Of a stretch of DNA of 29,128 bases, positions 1 to 8,111 are shown one piece after another. The stretch is from Bdellovibrionota bacterium. Its GTDB lineage: Bacteria; Bdellovibrionota_C; UBA2361; JBIKWN01. Under the pieces are notes generated by a model that did not search any database, was not told where the DNA came from, and was given only the letters and a program-made list of their open reading frames with translations. The position numbers and the translations under genes are program-made. Each line of letters opens with the position of its first letter. Positions within the stretch are counted from its first letter, which is position 1. Where the stretch lies: assembly GCA_044356295.1 (NCBI GenBank), contig JBIKWN010000032.1:1-29128 (forward strand). The letters are read 5' to 3'.

Positions 1-54
1 AAACCCTGCAGCTCCTGTTACTAATACTTTTGCACCTTTAAAATCTGAACTCAT
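1..54 (-). CDS. NAD-dependent epimerase/dehydratase (extended SDR), 5' end only, truncated by window edge
   Basis: Manual translation from ATG at 54: MSSDFKGAKVLVTGAAGF, the typical VLVTGAAGF(IG) Rossmann start of nucleotide-sugar epimerases. Starts 4 nt after the stop of the FHA gene. Confidence 0.8.
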   Translation of the reverse strand, partial: MSSDFKGAKVLVTGAAGF

Positions 55-58
55 ACTA

Positions 59-1015
59 TCACCGTAAAAAAAGAAACCAGCTTAGGAATAAAAATAAGGA
101 TGCTCCGATAAAAAAGATAATACCATAGAGCAAACGCCGCTCTGTATCATTAAGATCTTCAAAAAAAATAACAATATCAGAGAGACTGAAACTAGTTGAT
201 TTTACAGAAGCAACTGGACGACCGAATGCTACTTCTTCAGCAGGATTTGAATCATCATTATTTGTACTTCCGAATCGAAGTTTTGCATATCGCTCTGGAT
301 CAATAAGAGTCGTTTGATTTGGACCAAATACAGTCGCTCTTTGTACCGAAGCTTCACTTTCACCACCAACAAGATCCGTTACAACTTTAGCTCGTTCTAC
401 ACCACTGACCTGTTTATTGCGCTCTCCTTCAGCAACAGCAAGCTTTCCAAAAACAACTAAGAATTGAAAATCTCCACAAACAATGACATCACCTGCATTG
501 ACAAGGGTATTATCCGAAAGTCGAACGCCATTTCTCAGTACGAGAGCAGAAGGATCTTCAAACTCGACATACAGCCCTCCATCTTTTAATTCAAAAGAGA
601 TCCCAAACTCTGTAACGATAGAACCATCAAATGAAGCTGGGTCCAATTCCACCGTTTCTGATTCTCCACGAAGAGCAAAAAGCCTAAAGCCGGATGGTAA
701 TGTCGGAAGTTCTTTAGAATAACAGTGAACTTTAAAAGCCATATCTGCAAACTGCAAAAAATCACCATCCTTAATTGATGCAGGAATGCCTCCAGCTAAT
801 TTAGTACCGTTTATCCAACTTCCATTGGTACTGTGGAGGTCTACGATCACCCATCCCGAAGTAAAAGGTAAAAAAATTGCGTGTCTTCTTGAAAAAGCGT
901 CATTCGCTAAAGGGATATCTGTCGTTAAATCTCGACCAATAACATAAGAACGAGCAACTAAGTCCATGAAATGACTACGTTTTCCGTCTTCAACTATTTC
1001 TAAAACTAATTTCAT
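59..1015 (-). CDS. FHA-domain protein (canonical FHA + degenerate second FHA + C-terminal TM anchor)
   Basis: IGRD...SRRHA...DLHSTNGSWING carries the FHA GR / SxxH / NG motifs. A second FHA-like end is seen at RNGVRL...NAGDVIVCG. Hydrophobic C-terminus LLYGIIFFIGASLFLFLSWFLFL. Confidence 0.85.
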   Translation of the reverse strand: MKLVLEIVEDGKRSHFMDLVARSYVIGRDLTTDIPLANDAFSRRHAIFLPFTSGWVIVDLHSTNGSWINGTKLAGGIPASIKDGDFLQFADMAFKVHCYSKELPTLPSGFRLFALRGESETVELDPASFDGSIVTEFGISFELKDGGLYVEFEDPSALVLRNGVRLSDNTLVNAGDVIVCGDFQFLVVFGKLAVAEGERNKQVSGVERAKVVTDLVGGESEASVQRATVFGPNQTTLIDPERYAKLRFGSTNNDDSNPAEEVAFGRPVASVKSTSFSLSDIVIFFEDLNDTERRLLYGIIFFIGASLFLFLSWFLFLR

Positions 1016-1058
1016 CAGAACTAACTTAAGGGTGATTCGACCCCTTATGTTAGCGGTC

Positions 1059-1307
1059 TTAGCGCTCTTCGAGCAAGTTTTGAAGCGTCTGTAAAATTAC
1101 CGCGACGGCCCGGTACAGTTGGACTGGTATTGGTTCACCTTCATCTAAAACAGAGAGCGAACGTGCCAATGATTCATCGTAAATAACAGGTATTTTATAT
1201 TTTTCTGCATACAATAAGATTGAATCAAGCTGGGAGTGAGGCTCGTTAAGATCCACTAATGGAACACCATCAAGTTCCTCATCAAATCGCAGGGATAAGA
1301 CTGGCAT
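1059..1307 (-). CDS. Stand-alone FlhB/SctU C-terminal (CC) domain protein (FlhX/YlqH-like)
   Basis: LSLRFD...AEKYKIPVIYDESLARSL...GEPIPVQLYRAVAVIL matches the post-NPTH region of FlhB/YscU (ALxYD...A...IP+vE+..LAR.L...G..IP.ELY.AVA.+L). Confidence 0.8.
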   Translation of the reverse strand: MPVLSLRFDEELDGVPLVDLNEPHSQLDSILLYAEKYKIPVIYDESLARSLSVLDEGEPIPVQLYRAVAVILQTLQNLLEER

Positions 1308-1409
1308 TTAATTTTAAACCTATAATCTAATTTATTATCGTGTAAAAGTTTCGTATATTGAGTATTCGAAATATATACGTATCAAGTTTCCGCATTTAAA
1401 GGATTAATT

Positions 1410-1811
1410 ATGAGTTTGGCAAAAGAATTTAAAGAATTTGCAATGAAAGGCAACGTTGTCGATATGGCAGTCGGGGTTGTTATTGGGGCTGGTTTTGGAA
1501 AGATTGTGACCTCACTGGTCGCAGATATTATCACCCCTCCTCTTGGATTACTTATTGGTGGTGTCAATTTTTCTAATCTTAAATTAGTTATTCTAGAAGC
1601 TGTAGAAAAAGCTCCGGCAGTATCTATTAATTACGGTCAGTTCATTCAAAGTATCTTTGATTTTACGATAATGGCTGCCGCATTATTTTCAGTTATAAAA
1701 GTAATTAATCGTCTCAAGAAAAATCAAACTCAAGAAGAATCTCAACCTGCAGCACCAACAGCTCAAGAACTACTTCTTACTGAGATTCGAGATATTCTTA
1801 AAAATAAGTAA
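1410..1811 (+). CDS. mscL: Large-conductance mechanosensitive channel MscL
   Basis: [58 protein letters not shown] upstream. Confidence 0.98.
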   Translation: MSLAKEFKEFAMKGNVVDMAVGVVIGAGFGKIVTSLVADIITPPLGLLIGGVNFSNLKLVILEAVEKAPAVSINYGQFIQSIFDFTIMAAALFSVIKVINRLKKNQTQEESQPAAPTAQELLLTEIRDILKNK

Positions 1812-1829
1812 TTATTTTCAAAAAATCGA

Positions 1830-3176
1830 TTAATAGACACCCTGTGCCAGCATTGCGTCAGCTACTTTTATAAAGCCGCCAATGTTGGCACCGTCAACAT
1901 AGTCAATATATCCTGGTGATTCGGTTCCATACGTTACACATGTATCGTGAATTCGAGACATAATCGTTCTAAGTCTGTTATCCACTTCTTCTCTCGTCCA
2001 AGAAAGTCGCAAACTATTTTGCGACATCTCTAATCCTGAAACAGAAACTCCACCGGCATTAGCGGCTTTTCCTGGTCCAAATAAAATTTTTGCATCTCTA
2101 AAATGTTCGACTGCTTTTAATGTTGAAGGCATATTTGCTCCTTCTCCAACTGCGAGTACTTTATTTCTCAATAATGTTAGAGCATCGTGCTCATCAAGTT
2201 CGTTTTGTGTAGCGCAGGGAAAGGCAAGATCCGCTGAAACTCCCCATGGTCGTTTGCCAGCTGTATACTCGGCTTTAAATTTTTTTGCGTACTCTTCAAG
2301 TCGGCCACGTTTTATATTTTTGAGTTCCATCACCCATGCTAATTTTTCTTCGTTAATACCATCTTTATCAAAGATAAATCCAGAAGAATCAGAAAGGGTT
2401 AGCACTTTTGCTCCAAGTTGAATTAATTTTTCTGCAGCATATTGTGCGACGTTTCCTGAACCTGATACGACTGCGCTTTTTCCTTTCATTGATAACTGTT
2501 TTGTTTTGAGCATTTCATCAACAAAGTAAACACAACCGTATCCTGTTGCCTCTGGACGAATCAGACTTCCACCAAAATTTACACCTTTTCCTGTAAAGAC
2601 TCCGGTAAATTCATTTCTAATTTTTTTGTACGCACCAAACATGTAACCAACTTCTCTTCCACCAACTCCAATATCACCAGCTGGGACATCGGTATCTGCT
2701 CCAATATGTCGAGACAACTCACTCATAAAAGATTGGCAAAATCGCATTACTTCTCTATCCGACTTACCATGAGGGTCAAAGTCGGCCCCACCTTTACCAC
2801 CTCCCATGGGAAGGGTTGTAAGACTATTTTTAAATACTTGCTCAAATCCAAGAAACTTTAAAACACCTTGCGTAACAGTAGGGTGAAAACGAATACCACC
2901 TTTATATGGTCCAATTGCGTTATTAAACTGCACACGGTAGCCCCTATTTACTTGAACATTGCCTTTATCGTCTTCCCAAGCAACTCGAAAGGAAATTATT
3001 CGGTCGGGTTCAGTAATTCTTGCAAGGATATTTGCATTTAAATATTGAGGATTTTTTTGAACGTATGGATATACAGATGACATTACTTCATGAACAGCTT
3101 GATGAAATTCAGGCTCTCCAGGATTTCTTGCGATAATAGAATTCATGTAGGAATTGAGCTGATCATTGGTTTTCAT
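1830..3176 (-). CDS. gdhA: NADP-specific glutamate dehydrogenase
   Basis: EPEFHQAV, GPYKGGIRFHP, MGGGKGG, DVPAGDIGVG, RPEATGYG, GSGNVA, GKAANAGGV. 448 aa; GAGG RBS. Confidence 0.97.
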   Translation of the reverse strand: MKTNDQLNSYMNSIIARNPGEPEFHQAVHEVMSSVYPYVQKNPQYLNANILARITEPDRIISFRVAWEDDKGNVQVNRGYRVQFNNAIGPYKGGIRFHPTVTQGVLKFLGFEQVFKNSLTTLPMGGGKGGADFDPHGKSDREVMRFCQSFMSELSRHIGADTDVPAGDIGVGGREVGYMFGAYKKIRNEFTGVFTGKGVNFGGSLIRPEATGYGCVYFVDEMLKTKQLSMKGKSAVVSGSGNVAQYAAEKLIQLGAKVLTLSDSSGFIFDKDGINEEKLAWVMELKNIKRGRLEEYAKKFKAEYTAGKRPWGVSADLAFPCATQNELDEHDALTLLRNKVLAVGEGANMPSTLKAVEHFRDAKILFGPGKAANAGGVSVSGLEMSQNSLRLSWTREEVDNRLRTIMSRIHDTCVTYGTESPGYIDYVDGANIGGFIKVADAMLAQGVY

Positions 3177-3285
3177 AGAAATACCTCGAAAAAAATATTA
3201 TTTCGTATCCGTGGCGAATACTAACCTAGGGATAGGTGGTAAAGAAATAACATTTTTTCACCAGAACTCAATTTTTCCTAGCTAT

Positions 3286-3301
3286 TGCTAAATCCTTGCC
3301 G
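3286..3301 (-). promoter_or_regulatory. Candidate sigma-54 (-24/-12) promoter upstream of gdhA
   Basis: Minus strand reads CGGCAAGGATTTAGCA: GG and GC at the exact GG-N10-GC spacing of TGGCACG-N4-TTGCW, about 110 nt upstream of the gdhA ATG. Confidence 0.4.
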
Positions 3302-3308
3302 TTTTATT

Positions 3309-6300
3309 CTAAACAGAAACAGGTTCTATCTTTGGTGCAGTTCTTCTCAATCCAAGAAGGCGCTTAACTGTTGATTGCAAACTCCAAACTCCTAATGATT
3401 TTTCTATTACTTCAAGATCACTGACTTCACCAATCATGGCTACCATTGAACTCCACCGCTGAGAATCAACACAAGAGATAATAAATTTAGATCGTGGATA
3501 CTGGTCACGAAGTGAGCGAATAAATCCAAGCAGTTTACTCTCTTCTTTTTCAGCATCAAAAACAAAAACAACTGAATTATCTTTATAGAGAGCTGCAGCT
3601 CGAGCTTGAAGATTACTACTGTCTAATAAACTTTCAGTCTTAACACCGTCAGCATAAAGACCAGATGTAATCGCATTTGAGGTAAGGCTATCAATTCCTA
3701 TAAAGATTACTCTAATCTGAGAATTGACAGTATCTTGATGAGATGAAGAACTATCTTTAACACTATCAGGCTGAATAGATGTTACCGAGGCAACTTCACG
3801 GGTTAATGGTAAGTAAATTGTAAATGCTGCACCCTGATTGAGCGCACTGGTCACGGTGATAATTCCATCATGTTGCTTAATGATTGAATAAGCAGACGAT
3901 AGACCAAGCCCTGAACCACTTAAGCCAAGTCCTGTTGATTGATCAACTGATTTTGTCGTAAAGAAAGGTTCAAATATTCGAACGAGTTTATCTGAATCGA
4001 TACCAGGACCATTATCATGAATTTTAATTGCTACATACAAGCCAGGTGCAAGCTCTGGGTGTACTTCACCAGAACCTAATCTGATTGCAGAAGCATGTAA
4101 TATTATGCGAGCAGATTTTAATGAACCTTTTTTCTCGAGAGCTTCTTTGGCGTTCACAATAATATTTGAAAGTGCTCGTTGTATCTGCCCTTCATCTCCG
4201 TAAATTGAACGAAGCCCTGGTTCAATAGTGGATACAAGTTCAATATTTTCTCCAAGCATCGAACGATATAATTCAATTGAATTTTCCAAAAATGATTCAG
4301 CTAAAAACGTTTTCTTTTGAAGATTAGCGTTCGTAGAGAAACTTTTTAGCTGTTGAACTAAACTTGCTCCTCGAGTTGCAGACTCATTGATGATCCGCGC
4401 AGCTTTTGTAAACGGAGATCCCGCACCAGCTTGAAGTTCAATAAGAGAGGCTTGTCCCATAATTGCCTGCAGAAGATTATTGAAGTTATGAGCAACTCCA
4501 TTTGCAAACATAGATGCCATTCTCATTTTTTCTGCATCAGCAATCCTCGATTCAAATCGTCTCGCAAGAACCAAGGAACCAAGTTCGTTACCTAAACTTG
4601 TCAGCAATGGAAGTTTTCTTTGTGCATACGTTGGGGAAGAAACAACTGGCTCAAGCACAAGAAGCCCAATAACTTGCCCCAGAGCAACAAGTGGTACAAG
4701 GCAAAGTGTTGCTGGCTGTAAACGTTCAAAAATTCTGTTTAATCCAGAACATTCAATTTTATCACCCTGTTTAACGACAATAGGTTGTCTGTTTTTTAAT
4801 GCTTCGTCCAAAAAATCATGACGCAAATCGAGCTCTATTTGAATTCGTGCTATTGAACTCCTCATGCCAGGGCCTATCGCAGATTGTCCAGCAATCACTG
4901 TGCCTTGATCATTCAATACACCAAACCACATTCTTTTACATGGAATCTCTTCTTGAATAATCGGGAATGCATTTTCAGCAATATCTTTCGGTGTTAGATA
5001 CTGTGCTAATACATGACTTAATCGATATAAAAATGCTAACGCATCAGAAGTTTTTCTTTCCGTAGCAAAAAATTCAGACTGACGAAGGACAGAAGCGATC
5101 TGTTTCGCTCCTACATCTGCTACTTCAAGATCTTGTGCTGTAAATCTTGATGCACGTCGTGCAAACAGCGCTATTACTCCCCTTGTCCCATCTTCGCTAT
5201 TGAGAGGAACAATAAGCGCAGCTCTCATATACGCTAAGGTTGTTGGTTGCACTCGATCCCCATCGAGTGCTGTATCCCCTGAAACTATAATACCCTTATT
5301 CTGGGTTATCACTGATCGATAAATTGATTCACGAGGAAGCCTATGTTGAAATTCAATCACATCGCCACTCGAAAATCCTTCAGTCGCAGCAATATCTAAA
5401 CAACCACTGGCTTCATCAAGTAAAATACACAGTGCACACTCTGCCGAAGATGCTTTCATCAAAGCTCGTATCCCAGTTAAGAGAAGCATTGATGGTTCCA
5501 TCGAAACTGTCAGACTTTGAGAAATATCATAAAGGGCAGCAAGTCGCTTCTGTTCAGATTGTAATGCAACTTGAATCGAGTGCTTGTCTGATATATCAAC
5601 AGCAAACCCTTCCCATCCTATAAATTTCTCATCGGATGCATAAAGAGGAACGCCACGTATCAGTAATCGCTTTACCTCTCCTGTTTTTTTATTAATAACT
5701 CGTATTTCTTCTTTAAGATCTGTTTGTTTCGTCTCACCCGCGCGAACCAACTTCATCAAGATTCTCAGATCAGTTGGAGGCACAAATCGCTCCCAGACAC
5801 CAAGATCACTTACCAGTTCACCTGCAGTGACTCCAAAGATCGACTCAGTATCACCGACAACATCTGTAACAACTCCAGATGCATTTGTACGAACGATAAT
5901 GATATTTCCATATTCTAAGAGCCGTCGATATTGTAGCCTTGCTTCAAGGAGTCGGTCTCGGTACAGCTCATCGTTTAAATCTTGAGCTCCTGTTGGTTCT
6001 TCTTGAACAGTAGCTTTATTAGATGAAAGTGCATTTTGGTGCTGTTCAAGATACATTCTTGAATACTCAGCAACAATATCTAAAAGAAATATCTCTTCTT
6101 TTCGAAATCGATGAAAATTAGTTCGGAAGTGAACTTCAATCCAACCAAATATTTTTGTTGCAGACCGAATAAGTACTAATGCGAAAGATTGAGTTTGCCG
6201 CTCTTCGAGAACTTGCAGTAATGAAAGTGGTGCTCTTGATAAATTAATATCGTTAATAAAAATCGATTCATGGATCGGCTTCCCTCCAAAAAGTATATTC

Positions 6301-6521
6301 TCATCCTGACAAACGACAGGAAGTACACTTTCATCTCCGCGCTCACCCCAACTTTGACTATAACGTTCCGAATTTTTAACAAACGTAACTTGTATGAGAT
6401 CGCCGCCTAATTCTTTTGCAAGAACGGTTGCACTCGTTTTCAGAATAGCATCGTACGAATCGGCACTTTTAAAAAGCCGATGCAGTTCTGCGATAAATTT
6501 TGCTGCTCCGTCTACTAACAT
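3309..6521 (-). CDS. Cytoplasmic hybrid sensor histidine kinase (GAF-PAS-GAF-GAF-HisKA-HATPase-atypical receiver)
   Basis: H-box GVAHNFNNLL, N-box NIIVNAKEA, DNGPGI, IFEPFFTTK, GSGLGLS. PAS/PAC segment (IRGVPLY...GWEGFAVDISD) and GAF segments (ALIVPL...GVIALF, LVPLVALGQVIGLL). Divergent receiver-like C-terminus. ATG at 6521 is preferred; TTG at 6533 is an alternative. Confidence 0.92.
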   Translation of the reverse strand: MLVDGAAKFIAELHRLFKSADSYDAILKTSATVLAKELGGDLIQVTFVKNSERYSQSWGERGDESVLPVVCQDENILFGGKPIHESIFINDINLSRAPLSLLQVLEERQTQSFALVLIRSATKIFGWIEVHFRTNFHRFRKEEIFLLDIVAEYSRMYLEQHQNALSSNKATVQEEPTGAQDLNDELYRDRLLEARLQYRRLLEYGNIIIVRTNASGVVTDVVGDTESIFGVTAGELVSDLGVWERFVPPTDLRILMKLVRAGETKQTDLKEEIRVINKKTGEVKRLLIRGVPLYASDEKFIGWEGFAVDISDKHSIQVALQSEQKRLAALYDISQSLTVSMEPSMLLLTGIRALMKASSAECALCILLDEASGCLDIAATEGFSSGDVIEFQHRLPRESIYRSVITQNKGIIVSGDTALDGDRVQPTTLAYMRAALIVPLNSEDGTRGVIALFARRASRFTAQDLEVADVGAKQIASVLRQSEFFATERKTSDALAFLYRLSHVLAQYLTPKDIAENAFPIIQEEIPCKRMWFGVLNDQGTVIAGQSAIGPGMRSSIARIQIELDLRHDFLDEALKNRQPIVVKQGDKIECSGLNRIFERLQPATLCLVPLVALGQVIGLLVLEPVVSSPTYAQRKLPLLTSLGNELGSLVLARRFESRIADAEKMRMASMFANGVAHNFNNLLQAIMGQASLIELQAGAGSPFTKAARIINESATRGASLVQQLKSFSTNANLQKKTFLAESFLENSIELYRSMLGENIELVSTIEPGLRSIYGDEGQIQRALSNIIVNAKEALEKKGSLKSARIILHASAIRLGSGEVHPELAPGLYVAIKIHDNGPGIDSDKLVRIFEPFFTTKSVDQSTGLGLSGSGLGLSSAYSIIKQHDGIITVTSALNQGAAFTIYLPLTREVASVTSIQPDSVKDSSSSHQDTVNSQIRVIFIGIDSLTSNAITSGLYADGVKTESLLDSSNLQARAAALYKDNSVVFVFDAEKEESKLLGFIRSLRDQYPRSKFIISCVDSQRWSSMVAMIGEVSDLEVIEKSLGVWSLQSTVKRLLGLRRTAPKIEPVSV

Positions 6522-7227
6522 CTCGATCAACAATAATTACTTTAGCTTGCTTCACTCGCATCTCAAGCGATTCATGAACAAAGGCTCTTTGGAGACTTTG
6601 TCTTTTCGCTTTGACATGCGGATCACCTTCGCTATCTTTGAGCTCATCCATAAGCTCTTTACGGTCCATGCGCATTCCTTGTAAGTGTTTTCGTTTCTGA
6701 ATCCACCAATCACCGATGCTCATTACAAGTCCGACACTCACTAAAAATAGTAGTGTACGAAATGTAACTCGGTGCATAAGAACTGGAATAAGAACTACTA
6801 TTCCTAAGATAAGAAATAGTGCCTGTTGCCAGCTATTCACCACTGCACTCCACAGCTTTGTCATTCCACCTGCGAATCGAGATTCAGTGCTATTATATAT
6901 AGCGCCTACATATACTCTTCCGCCAAGCTGAACGAATTCAACTGTTACAAAAACCGTTGCTATGATTGTTATGAAGAAACCAGCACTAGTGAGCGCTAAA
7001 AAAACGAGGGGTAGAAAGACTCCACTAGGGTTAAGACCCGTCGAATTCAAACAATAGCTTACCTGAGCTTTTAGGAAGTCCAAAACTGAATTTTGAAGAA
7101 GATAAATCAAATAAAATCCAATACTTAGCCCTACTTGAGATTGAAGCATTAAAGACTTTGAGACTTTTCCCTCTTTTCTCGCCCTTAACAGACGCTTAGG
7201 AGAAGCTGGGAATTGCTTAGAAGACAT
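6469..7227 (-). CDS. sctU: SctU/FlhB-family export switch protein, N-terminal (TM + CN) part only; no NPTH, no C-terminal domain
   Basis: N-terminal KQFPASPKRLLRARKEGKVSKS and MRMDRKELMDELKDSEGDPHVKAKRQ are FlhB/YscU signatures. VKQAKVIIVDRD aligns to VxxAdVVitNPTH, and the ORF stops 13 codons after DRD. Confidence 0.85.
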   Translation of the reverse strand: MSSKQFPASPKRLLRARKEGKVSKSLMLQSQVGLSIGFYLIYLLQNSVLDFLKAQVSYCLNSTGLNPSGVFLPLVFLALTSAGFFITIIATVFVTVEFVQLGGRVYVGAIYNSTESRFAGGMTKLWSAVVNSWQQALFLILGIVVLIPVLMHRVTFRTLLFLVSVGLVMSIGDWWIQKRKHLQGMRMDRKELMDELKDSEGDPHVKAKRQSLQRAFVHESLEMRVKQAKVIIVDRDVSRRSSKIYRRTASAF

Positions 7228-7861
7228 ACCCCCCCAAGCCTAATGAAATCAAAAAAATAACTTTAAAAAGGAAGCTAAGCTCATGAAGGGGTATCTGCTG
7301 CAAGGAGCGAGATAGTGAAGCAAAATACAGTTCAATTATGAGAAAAACACCAAAAATCCAACCATAGGTCATAAAATATCCTTGGTAGATTGAAAGAAGA
7401 GATGGAAGCATTTCCCACAGATATCTTATGACATCTGTTACGTTAAGAAGTGGATCTTTGTTTAGTCGAGCATACATTGTAATAAAATATTCAAAGCCCG
7501 CGCCTTGGACTAAAAAAAAATAGCAAAAGAGCCAACCAACTACTGAAGAACTCGTTGATTCAACCCATTCAGAAAATGGATGAAGAGTACCTCCGATGGA
7601 TACACCTCTCGACATGTCGAGACTTTCTGCAAGATTAGACCAAGCAATTTGCATTATCAGGAATGGTAATCCCGAAATTACACCAAGAATAAAAACAACA
7701 ATCGATTCTGTGATTGATGGAAGCAATAATACTTTTTCAAAAGATGTAATAAATGCAATTGAAAAAATCAAAGATATTGAAAATCTCAAAAGAACAGATG
7801 TACTTCCAATGATCGGAAGTAAAACAATGCAACCTGAAAAAAAAAGAAAGGGCAAAATCAT
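7217..7861 (-). CDS. sctT: SctT/FliR-family export apparatus protein (divergent, short)
   Basis: Multi-TM protein between sctS and sctU. GVISGLPF...AESLDMSRGVSIGGTLHP resembles the SctT G..iD.qRG...+.P motif; LSRSLQQIPLHELSFLFK resembles L+R..PQ+....+.+.+K. Start placed at ATG 7861 (ATGA overlap with the sctS stop) rather than the longer ORF start at 8110. Confidence 0.78.
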   Translation of the reverse strand: MILPFLFFSGCIVLLPIIGSTSVLLRFSISLIFSIAFITSFEKVLLLPSITESIVVFILGVISGLPFLIMQIAWSNLAESLDMSRGVSIGGTLHPFSEWVESTSSSVVGWLFCYFFLVQGAGFEYFITMYARLNKDPLLNVTDVIRYLWEMLPSLLSIYQGYFMTYGWIFGVFLIIELYFASLSRSLQQIPLHELSFLFKVIFLISLGLGGYVF

Positions 7862-8106
7862 GACGATGCAATCATTGTAAAGACTGATTCCGTAAAGGTA
7901 TTCACTAACTCCGCAACATAGGTACCGGTAAAAAAAATAATGCCGATTATCGAAAATAATTTCACAAGAAATAAAAGAGACTGCTCCTGAATCTGAGTTA
8001 CAGCCTGAAGAAACGATATAATCAAAGAAATAACAGTTGTACAGATAAGGGGGATGATACAAATTATTGAGAACAATTTTAAAAGCTCTAAAAGCAGCTG
8101 ATGCAT
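7858..8106 (-). CDS. sctS: SctS/FliQ-family export apparatus protein
   Basis: 82 aa, with the FliQ/YscS signature SFLQAVTQIQEQSLLFLVKL. Confidence 0.92.
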   Translation of the reverse strand: MHQLLLELLKLFSIICIIPLICTTVISLIISFLQAVTQIQEQSLLFLVKLFSIIGIIFFTGTYVAELVNTFTESVFTMIASS

Positions 8107-8111
8107 ACAAT

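Noticed and set aside
7512..7937. Poly-T tracts on the coding strand (T9 at 7512-7520 and 7837-7845, T8 at 7930-7937) in sctT/sctS as phase-variation sites
   Set aside because: Explained by Phe-rich TM segments in an AT-rich genome. Frames are intact and similar tracts occur elsewhere in the window.
7862..8110. N-terminal 83-codon extension of the 7217..8110 ORF
   Set aside because: It overlaps sctS entirely in another frame. The ATGA-coupled start at 7861 gives a sensible SctT.
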